Below, in pieces: positions 1-12,430 of a DNA stretch of 64,000 nucleotides. Position 1 is the first letter of the stretch, and every line of letters starts with the position of its first letter. The stretch spans positions 3,052,524 through 3,116,523 of the forward strand of contig MU053873.1 of assembly GCA_013239625.1 (NCBI GenBank). The letters run 5' to 3'. The notes under the pieces are model-generated. The model worked only from the letters and a program-made list of their open reading frames with translations, searched no databases and was not told the DNA's origin. This stretch comes from Lama guanicoe (lineage: Eukaryota). Position numbers and translations under genes: made by a program.

Positions 1-493
1 ACTCACTCACAACTCTATTCATTTATCAAACTGGCACTGGGCTCCTGGTATGTGTTGGCCATGTAGGATTTCAGCCTTCATCTCAGCCTCTAGGAAGCAA
101 GACAGGTCCCCATAGGGACTGCAATCGAAGACTGGACAGTATCATTCTACCTGCTGCAAACTGGAGGCCCAGACTGAGCTGGAGTGGCCTCCCGAGGTCT
201 GGGCTGTTAAGGAGACAGGTGAGCCATGGTCGCTCTGGCTTCTGTCCATGGTCCATGTGAGGGCATACAGCAGCTAAGCAAGCAGCCAGGAGTCCCTTCC
301 ATGGACCCTGGTGCAGATCTTGCTGGAGAAGCTGAGGATCACACTGGTTAGTTGGGATCAACTCCTTCCTGCCTGAGAAAGAACAAAGAGAAGTTTGGAG
401 ATTAGCTACCAAGATACTTAACCATAGGGATGTTTGGTTCCCAATCTTTAATATTCCATGGGTCCAACTGTGAGACTTGTTATACATGCATGC

Positions 494-603
494 AGTGGTT
501 CAGTGGGCCAAGAGTGGGACCTGGGAATCTGCATTTTAACTAGTATGCCAGTGAATGATTCCAAAGCAGGTGATCCACAGGGCTTTTCTGAAAGAAACAC
601 TGC
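494..603. mobile_element. MER5-like hAT-Charlie MITE fragment
   Basis: GGGAATCTGCATTTTAAC...GATTCCAAAGCAGGTGATCCACAG...GAAACACTG resembles the MER5 family consensus as recalled. Confidence 0.55.
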
Positions 604-1590
604 TTGGGTGAGATAGCCATCTTTTACAAAGGGGACAACTGAGGCTCAGGGAGAGATTCTCAAGTTACAGTAACCCATCTGATCAAAATTCCGCCCTCAC
701 TGCATGGGCCAGAGCTGCCCTCCGCTAGAAGAGGTGAGACGTCAGAAGCTCCCAGGTACTTGTGCATTTCAGGCATACCCTCTGTTATTGACAGGTGCTA
801 ATCGCGGTGATGAACTAAGGCGACCTCAGTTCACCCGATAATTGCAGGTGAGGTGAGGCTAAAAGAGTAAATATAATCCTCATTAATGTAAAGCAACCTT
901 CACTACAGAGATCTCATGTGAAGCATTAAACACAGGCATAGACTAAGCACTTCCTTTATTTATTCATTTAGCCTGCAGAAACAAATATTCCAGAATGCTT
1001 AAAAAAATACAAGCAGTAAGAGAAACCAAAGCTATATCAAGCCCCCCAAATTCAATGCACATAACTATACATTTGGATTAAGATGAGATGAGTGTGGACA
1101 CAGGCACTTAGCTATCTAGCTACATTGGATGGTCACCTGGACAGAGAAGCAAGGGGTGAGGATGAGAAGGCATGAGAAAAAAATGTAGCAGGATGAAATA
1201 ATACAGATGGTATAATGTTAACTGGATGCAGGATACAAAATTCTATACATTTATTACCGCAGAGGTATAAAAATAAGAAAGGCATCTATACAAGTCCTGA
1301 AAAGAACAAAGAAAGAAGAAAAAAGAATTTACAGGTAATTAAGTTTGGGGTTTTTTTTTTTTGAGCATCATTCCATATCTCCCTGCCCCCAGTAAAAGTA
1401 AAGAAAGAGGAGAAAAGACTGTAAGAATGTAGTAGCAAGAGAGAGTGAAAAAAAAGAGTTAATATTCTGAGAGGCATGCCACAGGCAGGGATGCTACAGC
1501 TTTCCTGGAAATGAGAGTTGTCTAGAGGGTTTGTTAAAATGCAGATTCCCAAGCTCATCCCTCAGAGACGCTGATTTTAATGAGCTTCTC

Positions 1591-2220
1591 CTGAAAATAG
1601 ACTTACTCTATGATGCAGTAATCCCACTCCTAGGCATATATCTGGAGAAAACTCTAATTCGAAAAGATACATGCACCCCAGTGTTCATAGCAGCACTATT
1701 TACAATAGCCAAGCCACAGCAGCACTATTTACAGTAGTCAAGAAAGCAACCTAAATGTTTATCAGCAGATGACTGGATAAAGAAGTTGGGATATATGTGT
1801 GCGTGCGTGTGCATGTGTGTTTATACACACACACGCGCACATATATACACAATAGAATACTACTCAGCCATGAAAAAGGATAAAATAATGCCATTTGCAG
1901 CAACATGGATGGACCTGGAGATCATTCACTTTACACTAAGTGAAGTAGGCCATAAAAAGAAAGACTAATACCATATGATATCACTTATATGTGGAATCTT
2001 AAAAAGAAAAGGACACAAATGAACTTATTCACAAAATAGAGAGACAGACTCACAGACACAGGGAACAAACTGAACTATATTTGATACCTTGTAATGGCCT
2101 GTAATAAAAAAGAATATGAAAAGGAATATAGATGTATGTACAAAAGAATCACTCTGCTGTGCACCAGAAATTAACACAACATTGTAAATCGAATATACTT
2201 CAATAAAAATTTTAAAAAAC
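1591..2220 (+). mobile_element. 5'-truncated LINE-1 (ORF2 C-terminus + 3'UTR) with 12-bp TSD
   Basis: Translates to L1 ORF2 C-terminal motifs (YDAVIPLLGIY, FIAALFTIAK, EYYSAMKK, FAATWMDLE); AATAAA and A-rich tail; perfect TSD AATGAGCTTCTC at 1579-1590 and 2221-2232. Confidence 0.95.
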
Positions 2221-2494
2221 AATGAGCTTCTCATGGAGCTCTGATATATACTGTGATTAGGACACAATTCAATCCCAGACTGAATGCCTGCCCTTAGCCC
2301 CTCTTCTACCCAGAATGATTTTTATCAGGCCTGCCTGAAGTCCTAGTTAGAATCTATTTCCTATAGCAAGTCTACGTTAAAATGCAATCTCCATCTGGGG
2401 GATCATCTATTAAAATTGATCTTTATAAGACAATAAAGTGAATCCAACCTTTAGACCTTTTTCTGATACAGAGTTCATGTGCTAAGAAAAGCAA

Positions 2495-2670
2495 ATATTT
2501 ATTGACTACCTATGTTCCCCATGCTAAGAGCTGAACATGCTCTCAACAGCTCCAGGAGTTACTACTCTGATTATCACCATTTTCCAAATGAGAAGACAGG
2601 CACAGAGGGGTTAAGTAATCCATGTAAGGTCACACAGCTAGTAAGTGGAAGAGTCAGGTTTCTGAACCTA
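2495..2670 (-). mobile_element. MIR SINE
   Basis: CCATTTTCCAAATGAGAAGACAGGCACAGAGGGGTTAAGTAA...AAGGTCACACAGCTAGTAAGTGG is the antisense MIR core. Confidence 0.85.
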
Positions 2671-3189
2671 CATTAACTTGTAATATACTAATATGTTATC
2701 TCTCACCAACAGAGACAAAAGGAGGAGGTGACACCATGACTCAGGGAGTCCAAATGAGGGAAAAGATGCACCTAGAGAAGATAAAGTAGGAATCCAAACC
2801 AAGTCTGATAACCATATTTCCCAAACCAAAATTCTCATGTGTGGTTAGACAAAGAATACTTACCCCGCCCCCCATTTTGGAAACATCTGAAGATGTAATT
2901 ATGCTTACTTATATTCTTAGTGAATAGGATATACTGAGATGAATAAAACTACATGACTATAAGGAAATGGGACTGGATCCATCAATCAGGATAAAGATAT
3001 GGACTCTGGGCTTAGAGGGTACAAAGGCCTGGGGCAGGTCTGTAACGAAATTAGAATATCCTCATAGTGTTTTATTTTAAACTCTCTGATATCAGGCAGA
3101 CTTTCCCTGAAATCTGATGCTGTAAAAGAAAGGGCTGAAGTACACCAGATGAATCAGAAGCATCAAAGATACCAGGGGTGTTGCCTTTT

Positions 3190-6100
3190 ATGGATGCATC
3201 ACAATTTGTCTTCATTTGTTCACCTGCATGATGGGCATTCAGCTTTTTACTTTTTGGCTATTACAAATAAAATTGATAAAAGAATTTGCATGCAAGTCTT
3301 TGTGAGGCATGTGTTTTGATTTCTCTTAGGTAAATCCCGAGGATGGAATGGCAACACATACAGTAGGTGTACGTTTAACTAATTCAGGAACAACAAGATG
3401 GCTTTCCAAAGTGGTTGCATCATTTTATATTTCCACTAGGAGCTTGTAAGAGTCCCAGTCACTTAACATTCATGCCAACCCTTGGTATAATTCAATTTTC
3501 TAATTTAAGCCATACAGTGGGTGTGCAGTGGTATCTTACCATGGTTTTCACTTTCATTTCCTTAACAACTAATGATTAAGAACATCATTTCATGCATTTA
3601 TTTGCTATCCATGTAACTTCTTTGGTGAAGTGCACGTTCAATTCTTTTGCCCATTAAAAAATTTTTTGTATTTTTTTAAATTATTGAACTGTAAGCGCTC
3701 TTTACATATTCTAGAGACAAAACCTTTGTTGCATATTCATGCTGTAAATATTTTCTCCCAGTTTGTAATTTGCCTTTATTTTCATAAATGTATCTTAAAG
3801 AACAGAATATTTAAATTTCAATCTCATCGAACTAATTGGTATGATCTTTTATAGTTTGTGATTTTTGTGTCACATTTTAAAAACTTTTACCAAATCCAAG
3901 TCCACAAAGATTTTTTTTTCTCTTACAGTCTCACCTGGGCATTTTATAATTTCAGCTCATGTTTGAGTCCATGATCTATTTTGAGTAATTTTTGCATATG
4001 GCTTGAGGTAAGAGTCAAGGTTCTTTCATTTATTTATTTATTTTGCATACAGCTATCCTATTGTTTCAGCATTATTTAATGAAAAGATTGTCATTTCCCC
4101 ATCGAATTGCCTTGGCAACTCCACTGAAAATCAATTGATCATATATGTGTGGGTCTATTTCTCAACTCTCTATTCTATTCCATTGATCTGTAAGTCTGTC
4201 TTTATGTCAATACCAAACCAATACTGTCCTGATTATTGTCACCTTATAATACATACTCAAATCAAGCAGTGTAGAACTTCAACTTTGTTTTTTTTTAAAC
4301 GATTTTACTCTTTTAGTTTCTTTGTCTTTCCATATGAATTATGTAATCTTCTTGTAAATTTCTACAGAAAAGTCCTGCTGGGGTTTTAATTGGGATTTCA
4401 TTGAATCTGTAGATCAATGTGGGCAGCACTGACATCTTAACGATATTCAATGTTCTGACCCATAAACGCGGTTTATCTTTTCATTTACTCATGCCTTCTT
4501 TAATTTCTCTCAAAAATATTTTATAGTTCTCTGAGTACAGGTCTTAAATATCTTTTGTCAAATTTATCACTAAGTAGTTCACATTTTTCATGCTATAGTG
4601 GTATTATTTACCTTCAACTTTCAAAGGGTTGTTATTAGTTTATAGAAACATAATTCATTTTTTGCATATTGACCTTGCTAAACTCACTTATTATGTCTAG
4701 TAGCTTCTTCGTGGATTCCTTAAAATTGTAAAATCTTTAGGATTTTCTATGGAGACATTCATGCCTTCTGCAAATGATGTTTAGTTTTACTTTCTCCTTT
4801 CCAAACCACATGGCTTTAATTTAATTTTTTTTTCCATTTCATTGCCATGAGCAGAACTTCAAGCAAAATGTTGAACAGACATGATGAATGTGGACATCTC
4901 TGTTTCAGTCCTTATCTGAGAGGGAAAGCATTCAGCCTGATAACATCAAGGATGATGCTAGCTGTAGTGTTTTTGCACATACCCTTCACCAGTTTAAAGA
5001 AATTTCTTTCTATTCCCGATTTAAGGAGGATTTTTATTAGGAATGGGTGTTGAATTTTGTCAGATGCTTTTCTTTTATGCATCTATTGAGAAGATCATTT
5101 AATTCTCCTTTCTAAATTCCTTAATATGACAAATTCCATTTATTTACTTTCAAATTTTAAATTAATCCTGAATTTCTGGCATATACCAAACTTAGTCACA
5201 ATGTATTATTCTTTTTTATACATTGTTGGATCTGGTTCTTTTTCTTAACCTGTGAAGTATTCTTGTTTTTTTTAGGTGACTTTTTTCTTTTTTTAAATTG
5301 AAGTTTTAAATTGAAAATAGTTGCTGTACAGTATTATATAAGTTACAGGTGTACAATGTAGTGATTCACAATTTTAAAATGTTACACTCCATTTATAGTT
5401 ATTATAAAATATTAGCTATATTCTCTGTGTTGTACAGTATACCCTTATAGCTTATTTTATACCTAATAGGTTGCATCTCTTACTTCCCTAGCCCTATGTT
5501 GCCGCTCATCCCTTCCCTCTCCCCACCAGTAATCACTAATTTGTTCTCTATGTCTGAGTCTGCTTCTTTTCTGTTATATTCACTAGTTTGTTGTATTTTT
5601 TTAGATTCCACATATAAATGATACTATATACTATTTATCTTTCTCTGACTGATTTCACTTAGCATAATGCCCTCCAAGTCCATCTATGTTGCTGCAAATG
5701 GCAAAATTTCATTCTTTTTAATGGCTGAATAGTATTCCATTGTATACATATACCACATCCTTTTTATCCATTCATCTGTTGATGGACACTTAGGTTGCTT
5801 CCAAATCTTGGCAACTGTAAATAATGTTGCTATGAACATTGGGTTACATGTATCTTTTCAAATTAGTGTTTTTGTTTTTTGGGATATATTCCCAGGAGTG
5901 GAATTGTTGTGTCACATGGTAGTTCTGTTTTTAGTTTTTTGAGAAACCTCCATACTGTTTTCCAAGGTGGCTGCACCATTGTTGGATCTGATTCGCTAGA
6001 ACTTTGTTAACACTGTTGTGTGTATGTTTATGACTGATACTGATCTGATTGTAATGCCTTTGTTTGATTTTGATATCAGGGTAATACTGGCCTCACTGAA

Positions 6101-7235
6101 TGAATTAGGAAGGTTTTTTTTAAATCCTATTTTCTGAAACTATTTCTGTTTAATTGTATTATTTTTGTCCTTACATATTGCGTAGAATTCACCAGCGAAG
6201 TCATCTGGGTCTGGAGTGTTCTTTGTAAGATTTTTAACTACAAATTTAAGTTCTTTAATAAACAGTGCTATTCAGGTAATCTATTTTTTCTTGAGTGGGC
6301 TCGGTAGTTGGCACTTTCCAAGGGATTTGTCCATTTTAAGTTGTTGAATTTATTGGCACAGCATTATTCATACTATTCCTTAATTTGCTTTTTAATATCA
6401 ACAGCATCTGTAGCAATCTTCTCTCTTATTCCGTGTATTAGTAGTGTATATGTCTTCTCTTTTTTCTTGATTGTTCTATCCAGAGGTTTACAACTTTTAT
6501 TAAATTTTCACAAAGAACAAGTTTCACTTTCATTGATTCTATTGCTTGTTTTCTATTGTATTCATTTCTGCTCTGATCTTTATTATTTTCTTTCCACTGC
6601 TTACTTTGGATTTAACTTGATCTTTTTTGTTTGTTTGTTTTTGGAGGTAGAAACTAAGCTCTTTGAGTTCTCCTTTCCTAATATAAGTGTTTGACAGTAT
6701 ATATTTCCCTCTCAATACTGCTTCAGCGGCACCTGAATTTTGACATGCTGCACTCTTTGAAAATCTGGTTCAAATGTATTTTAAGCTCTCTTTTGATTCC
6801 TTATTTGCCTCATTGATTCTTTAGAAGTGCATTTTTAGTTTCCAAACATTTGGAAATATTCCAGATATCTGTTATGGATTCTAATTTAATTCCATGGTGG
6901 TTACAAAATATGGTTTGCATAATTTGAGTCATTTTCTATTTACTGAGACTTGTTTTATGGTCTATAATATGGTCTATATTAGTAAAAAAAAAGTATTCCA
7001 TATGTACTTACAAAGAATTTATATCCTGCTGTTGTTAGGCAGAGTGTCCTGTAGATGTCAATTAGATCAAGTTGGCTGATTGTGTTCTTCAGTTCTTTAC
7101 ATCCTTTTTGATTTTATGTCCACTGTTCCCTCAATTGTTGAAATAGGGATGTTGATATCTCTGACTACAGTTGTGGCTTTGTCATTTCTCACTTTTACTT
7201 CTATCCATTTTTGGTTCATATATTTTGCAGCTAAT
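3190..7235 (-). mobile_element. Old decayed LINE-1 (L1M-type) covering most of ORF2, interrupted by a younger L1 at 5235-5976
   Basis: Continuous T-rich antisense L1 ORF2-like sequence (e.g. TTTCCAAAGTGGTTGCATCATTTTATATTTCCACTAG; GGGATTTCATTGAATCTGTAGATCAATGTGGG; GTAGATGTCAATTAGATCAAGTTGGCTGATTGTG); no long intact frame. Confidence 0.9.
5235..5976 (-). mobile_element. Nested 5'-truncated LINE-1 3' end with TSD
   Basis: Antisense L1 3'UTR and ORF2 end (GATTCCACATATAAATG, CCATTCATCTGTTGATGGACACTTAGG); TSD CATTGTTGGATCTG at 5221-5234 and 5977-5990. Confidence 0.9.
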
Positions 7236-7244
7236 ATTTGACTG

Positions 7245-8030
7245 TTTGAAATAGCTTTATTGAGGTGTAAATACCAACCATAAAAATCATCCAGTTACAG
7301 CGTACAAGTCAATGATTTTTAGTAAACTTATAAACTGGGCAACCATCACCGCAATCCGGTTTTAGAACATTTCTTACACCCCGAAAAGATCCCTCTTGAC
7401 TATCTGCAGTCAGTCCTCCATTCCTACCGTTAGCTCTAGGCAGCACTAACCAGCTTTCTGTCTCTGTAGATCGGCCTTTTCTAGACAGTTCCTATAAAAG
7501 CAATCATATGATATGTGGCTTTTTGCATTCTTTCACTCAGCATAACGTTTTGTGGATGAACACTTCCTTTCCTTTTTACTGCTTTTTTTCTTTCTTTTTT
7601 TTTTCTTTCGTGGAGGTGCTGGGGATTGAACCCAGGACCTCATGCATGCTAGGCATGCTCTCCACCACTGAGCTATACCCACTCCCACTTTTTACTGATT
7701 TTTATTCCATTGACTTCAAGTAACATTTTGTTTATCCATTTTCAGTTGATGGACATTTGGATTGTTTTTGCTTTTTTGGCAACTACAAATAATGTTGCTC
7801 TGAAGATTCGTGTACAAGTGTTTGTGTGTACATATGCTTTCACTTCTCTTGGATAAGCTCCTAGGAGTTGATTTGTTAGGTCATACTGTAAGTCTGTGTT
7901 TAAATCTGTGAGAAGCTGCCAAATGGTTTTCCAAAGTGGCTGTATCATTTTCCATCCCCACCAGCAACGTAATTTCTGTTTCTTTACATACTCACCAATG
8001 CTTGTTAAAGTCTGTCTTTTTATCGTGAAC
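7245..8030 (-). mobile_element. Old LINE-1 3' end (L1MB/MC-like)
   Basis: Starts AATAGCTTTATTGAGGTGTAA; minus ORF 7742-7948 is a degenerate ORF2 C-terminus (QPLWKTIWQ...YDLTNQLLGAYPRE). Confidence 0.85.
7582..7687 (-). mobile_element. tRNA-derived short SINE, Vic-1-like (camelid), with 10-bp TSD
   Basis: Reverse strand GGGAGTGGGTATAGCTCAGTGGTGGAGAGCATGCCTAGCATGCATGAGGTCCTGGGTTCAATCCCCAGCACCTCC + A-rich tail; A and B boxes; TSD CTTTTTACTG at 7572-7581 and 7688-7697. Confidence 0.9.
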
Positions 8031-9330
8031 TCCTTTTTGACCCATTAAAAATGGCATTTCGTAGGATTCAACTTAATGTTACCACCCCCATTTTACAGAT
8101 GTGACAGCTGAAAGCCAGAGGTAGGAAGCAGCAGAGATCTGATTCCAACTCACATTGGTCTGTTATGCAGACCCCAGCTCGACAAGCTGCTTCCCTTCCT
8201 CACGGAAGCTCAGCCCTGGCTTTCCCTCCCAGTGACCAGAGAAGTGAGCTCCAATCTCAGAACCCCTTTCATCTATTCTCTCCCTCCCTCTGGAGGTTGG
8301 CTGGGCTTGCAGATTTGCTGCCTCGACTTGGCTACAGAGAAAGGCCCGCTCCACGCTTGCTGCCTCTGCAAGACTGATGCAGAAGGAAATCAGGGCTTGC
8401 GTAGGTGTGTCTGAGTCCTGTGGGCTTATCCCCAAGATTGGTATTCACGCCAGGAGTGTCTCAGCTTCTGCTTAATACATCCCCTATACATTGTGAGATA
8501 AGCTCATCTAGTCTGTTACTATATTATTGTCATAAGAAATCCTCTTTTAGTTTTGTTGTATTTGTGCTATTATCTGGGGAAGAAAAATATATATAATATA
8601 CAAATATAAAAAAAAGTCTATTTTTTTCTCCAGCTATTTTCAGCTGACACTTTTCTGAAAACACGTTATTTTAGAAACATGCTCTGACACCTCAGACCTC
8701 TGTGCAAGGGTCCCCACCCCCCATCAAAGCCTCGGTAGGGGCAGGCAGGCAGCACTTTCTAAATGCTGGCCTGGAAACCGGGGCTGGCCTCTGGTGAGGT
8801 CTCCGCTGGTCTGCGGGGAAATGAGAAGACTGATGTTGAGAGGATGCTCAGAAAGCCACATTTATCTCCTTTAAAGGGCTCTCCTCTAGCCTGCAATTAT
8901 GGTTTTTCCCTACCTTTTCAGTGCTAAAATGCCCTTGCTTTATGAAATGATGGTGGTCAGAGATGATAGTCACTTTTAAGAAATATCTTATCTGGCAAAA
9001 TAGAAAATGTAATACACTATGTCAATCCATACATATTTATTTTAAATTTTTATGTGTTTATTTTTTTGACTGACCAGTGATGTCCAAATGTCTGGCACTT
9101 AGTGGCAGGAGACAAGGACATAAGGATGGGGGAAAAAAACGATACAGACCTGGCTTTTAGTGTGGCTTCGCCACTCTGTAGCAATTTGATCTTTTTTGGG
9201 TAATCATAATAATAACAGAAATAATAATGATGGCAGAAGTAAGCACTCGGGCATCTTTTTGTATGCCAAGTACCTTTCTAAGTACCTTATGTTCATAAAC
9301 TCATTTGGTCTTTACGACACCCCAGTGAGG

Positions 9331-10108
9331 TAAACAGAGTTAAAATTACCAGGACGGTGACTAAATTAACACAACAAGAAAGCTATTTGGCCTTTGTGCC
9401 TGGTTCCTGGCATAGAGCTCCTAAAATCCTTGTAATTTCCAGAGTGACAAGCATCTTTTGTTTTAAGGAGGTTACCCAGATACTGTCAGGATGGGGGCTG
9501 GTCCACAGAAAGTCCAAGCCTTGTTAAGAAGCTTGAAACTTTCAGCCTCAGCCCTCAACCTCCCAGGAGCAGAGCGGGGCTGGAGAATCACCAGTGGCCA
9601 ATGATGTCTACATACTGAAACTTCCATAAAACCCCTAAAGGATGGGTTCCCGGGCTGGTGAACAAGTTGAGACGCTGGGAGGGTGGTGCGCCTGCCTGGA
9701 GAAGGCACGGAAGCCCCGCCGCACCCCTCACCCCGTTCCTTGCCCTATGCATCTCTTCCATTTGGCCATTCCTGTATTGTAGCCTCCATAATAAGCCAAT
9801 AATAGTAAAACACCTCCCTGGGTTCTGTGAGCCATTCTACCGAATTATTCAACCCAGGGTGGGGGTTGTGAGACACCCCTTCCCTGAATTTGTAACCAAG
9901 TTGGACAGCAGTGTGCATTATTGGGGACCCAAGACCTCTGACTGGCGCCAGAAGTGAGGCAGTCTCACTGGGACTGAGCCCTTGACCTGAGGTTAAGGCA
10001 CTAACTCCGGGTCGGCAGTGTCAGAACTGAACTGAACTGTAGAATCCCCAGTTGATTTCAGAGAATCAGAGAATTGGCTGGTATCAGGAGGGGGAATAAA
10101 TCTCTCAC
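9331..10108 (+). mobile_element. Solo LTR, MER21-like
   Basis: TATTTGGCCTTTGTGCCTGGTTCCTGGCATAGAGCTCCTAAAATCCTTG and downstream CCCTGGGTTCTGTGAGCCATTCTA, GGGACTGAGCCCTTGACCTG match the MER21 consensus as recalled; follows a MIR fragment. Confidence 0.8.
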
Positions 10109-11873
10109 AGGCCAATACATTGCCTGACTTATAGTATTTGCCCAATTAATACTAATTCCCGCCCCCCCCCCATTCTTTTCCTCTATGCAAACCCTCTAAA
10201 TTTCTCACAGGGGGCATGTGAATTGGTTAACAGCTTGGGTCTGGGAACCGGACAGACCTGGATTTGAGCCCAGGCTCCTCCCTTTCTTGGCTGGGAGACC
10301 CTGGGCTTTTTGCTCACCGCCTCGGCACCTCAGTGGCTGAAGAGGGAGGGCAGCCCAGGGCAGTTTTCACTTTGTATAATATTCACCCTCTGTTGGGGGA
10401 GAAGACCAGAAACGAGAAACTCAGGGGGAGGATCTGAATTCCACTTTTCTGATTTTTCTCCTCCTGGGCAGGACCCACCCCTGACTGCAGTGATGTGTGA
10501 CTTAGAGTCTCCTGCCCGCCCTACGCCTGGCAGAACCAGCTTCCCCTGAGCCCCGCGCCTCCAGCCAAGCTCAGCCCTGTTATCAGCGCTCACCCCAGCG
10601 GAGAGAGGCCCGGCCAGCCCCGTGGACTGTTAACAAAAGCCCGAGTCAAACTTCATTTCCTCTTGCCCAAGGAGCCTAGCCCGCCCCAGGCCAGGTGCCA
10701 GGCCAGTGTGCTGCTGGCAAACGAGCTTACGCTGTGTGAATGCACCACTCAGATGGTGCCCAGGCGAGCAGGCACCCACACACCTACCCTCTCCCCTGCC
10801 ATCAGAGCCTCCAGGGACACTAGCTTTATGCCCATTGCACATGAGAAAAGTGAGGCTTGGATAGGCAAGGTGGCTTGCAGAACATCCCAGAAAGAAAAGT
10901 GACAGGTAGGACTCAAGTCCAGGTCTCTTCCAATGCTGACTGTCCTTCCTTTCCTGCCATTTTTCTCCTGTTTCCTCTCAGGTACAAATGACTCACTAAC
11001 AAAGCTCAAAATACAACACTCTCTTTGAAGAGCATCTGCAAAGAAAGAAAAACAGTAGCGGGAGGGGAGGATTTTAGTGGCACCAGAATTGCCCTGCAGG
11101 GTCTTGGATGGTACTAACTACCATTCTGTGAGCATCTACCATGTGCCAGGGGTTGGGCTTTCCATAAATCATCTCATTGAATCCTCAAAACAACACAGCG
11201 GAGTAAATACTAACCAGCCCCAATTCGCAGATGCAGAAACTGTGGCTCAGGGAAGAAAAACTCAAGATTGCACAGTCAGGAAATACAAGGGCTAGGATCT
11301 GAATTCCAGGACTGTGGCTTCAGAACAGACATCCTGCTGTCCCTGAATGTCAAGCTATGTGGCAGCAACCTGTCCCTCCTGGGTTGGCCCAGGGGATGCG
11401 CTGCAGAGACTGGGGTGAGTTTTGGTACTCTGTCTCCTGCACTCACGGGACAATTGCTGGTCACCAAGGAGGTATAGATACCACACAGCAGAACCCTGTG
11501 GCTCCAATGGAAAGTAACCAGTTGGGGAGCAGGAATACCTGGTTCTGTTTTTGGCATTGTCATTCAGTGGTTACCCTTTTCCTCTTTGAGTCTGAACTCA
11601 GATTCCATCAAGGAGGGCAATTAATTCCAACTTGTATGCCAACTCCCATCAATTGGTAGTTGCTGTAAAGTGTTGTATTGAAAAGAATCGTGGGGCTCAG
11701 CAATCGACTTGTAATGTCTGTCATGGCAGGGGTGGAGGCGGGTGGGTTTAGAGGTTGCTGCTATGTTATGTACCTGCAAATCCCAAACCAGGGGCTAAGA
11801 TCCCTAAAAAGAACCCCAACCTCCTCTGTCAAAGAGCAGTTTGTTTCCACTTAGACATGGGGAGCCAAGAGCT

Positions 11874-11934
11874 TAGGGTTGCCAGATAAAATCTGAAAGT
11901 CCTGTATTTTTACTTGCTAGATCTGTCTACCCTC
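11874..11934. mobile_element. Internally deleted MER53 (hAT MITE), only the terminal arms retained
   Basis: TAGGGTTGCCAGATAAAAT...CCTGTATTTTTACTTGCTAGATCTGTCTACCCT; the ends resemble the larger copy at 61086. Confidence 0.7.
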
Positions 11935-12081
11935 TAAGAGTTGCAAATTCAAGAAACTCTGAAAGTGTCTCTCAAGCAGCTCGATTTAATCTCCAAGTCA
12001 CAATTAGCTGCAGACTTCTGTGAACTTTATTCTTCTCCATTATTCAGTCAGCTTAGCTCACGAGCCTCTTCGTCAGTAGAG

Positions 12082-12430
12082 GCAGAGCCATCCATCAGTA
12101 TCTGGGGGAGGCTGGTTCCCAGACGCCCCCGCAGATACCAAACTCTGAGGATGCTCAAGTCCCTTACATTAAATGGTGTAGTATTTGCATATAACCTCTG
12201 CACATTCTTCCATCTACTTTAAATTGTCTCTCGATTACTTGTAATACCTAACACAATGTAAATGTCGTATCAAGAGTTGTAAATATAAAGTTAATGCTAC
12301 GTAAATTATTGCCACTGCACAGCAAATTCCAGCTTTGCTTTTTGCAATTTTATGGAAAAAATTTTTTTGAGTATTTTCAAATACGGTTTAATATTTGGAC
12401 ATGGAACCCACAGATATGGAAGGCTGACTA
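12082..12430 (+). mobile_element. MER2-like TcMar-Tigger MITE
   Basis: GATACCAAACTCTGAGGATGCTCAAGTCCCTTAC...TTTGCATATAACCT...GGAACCCACAGATATGGAAGGCTGACTA followed by TA. Confidence 0.85.

Noticed and set aside
795..847. Exon-like segment bounded by TTGACAG and CAG/GTGAGG
   Set aside because: Stop codons in all three frames and a weak polypyrimidine tract; a non-coding exon cannot be supported without RNA data
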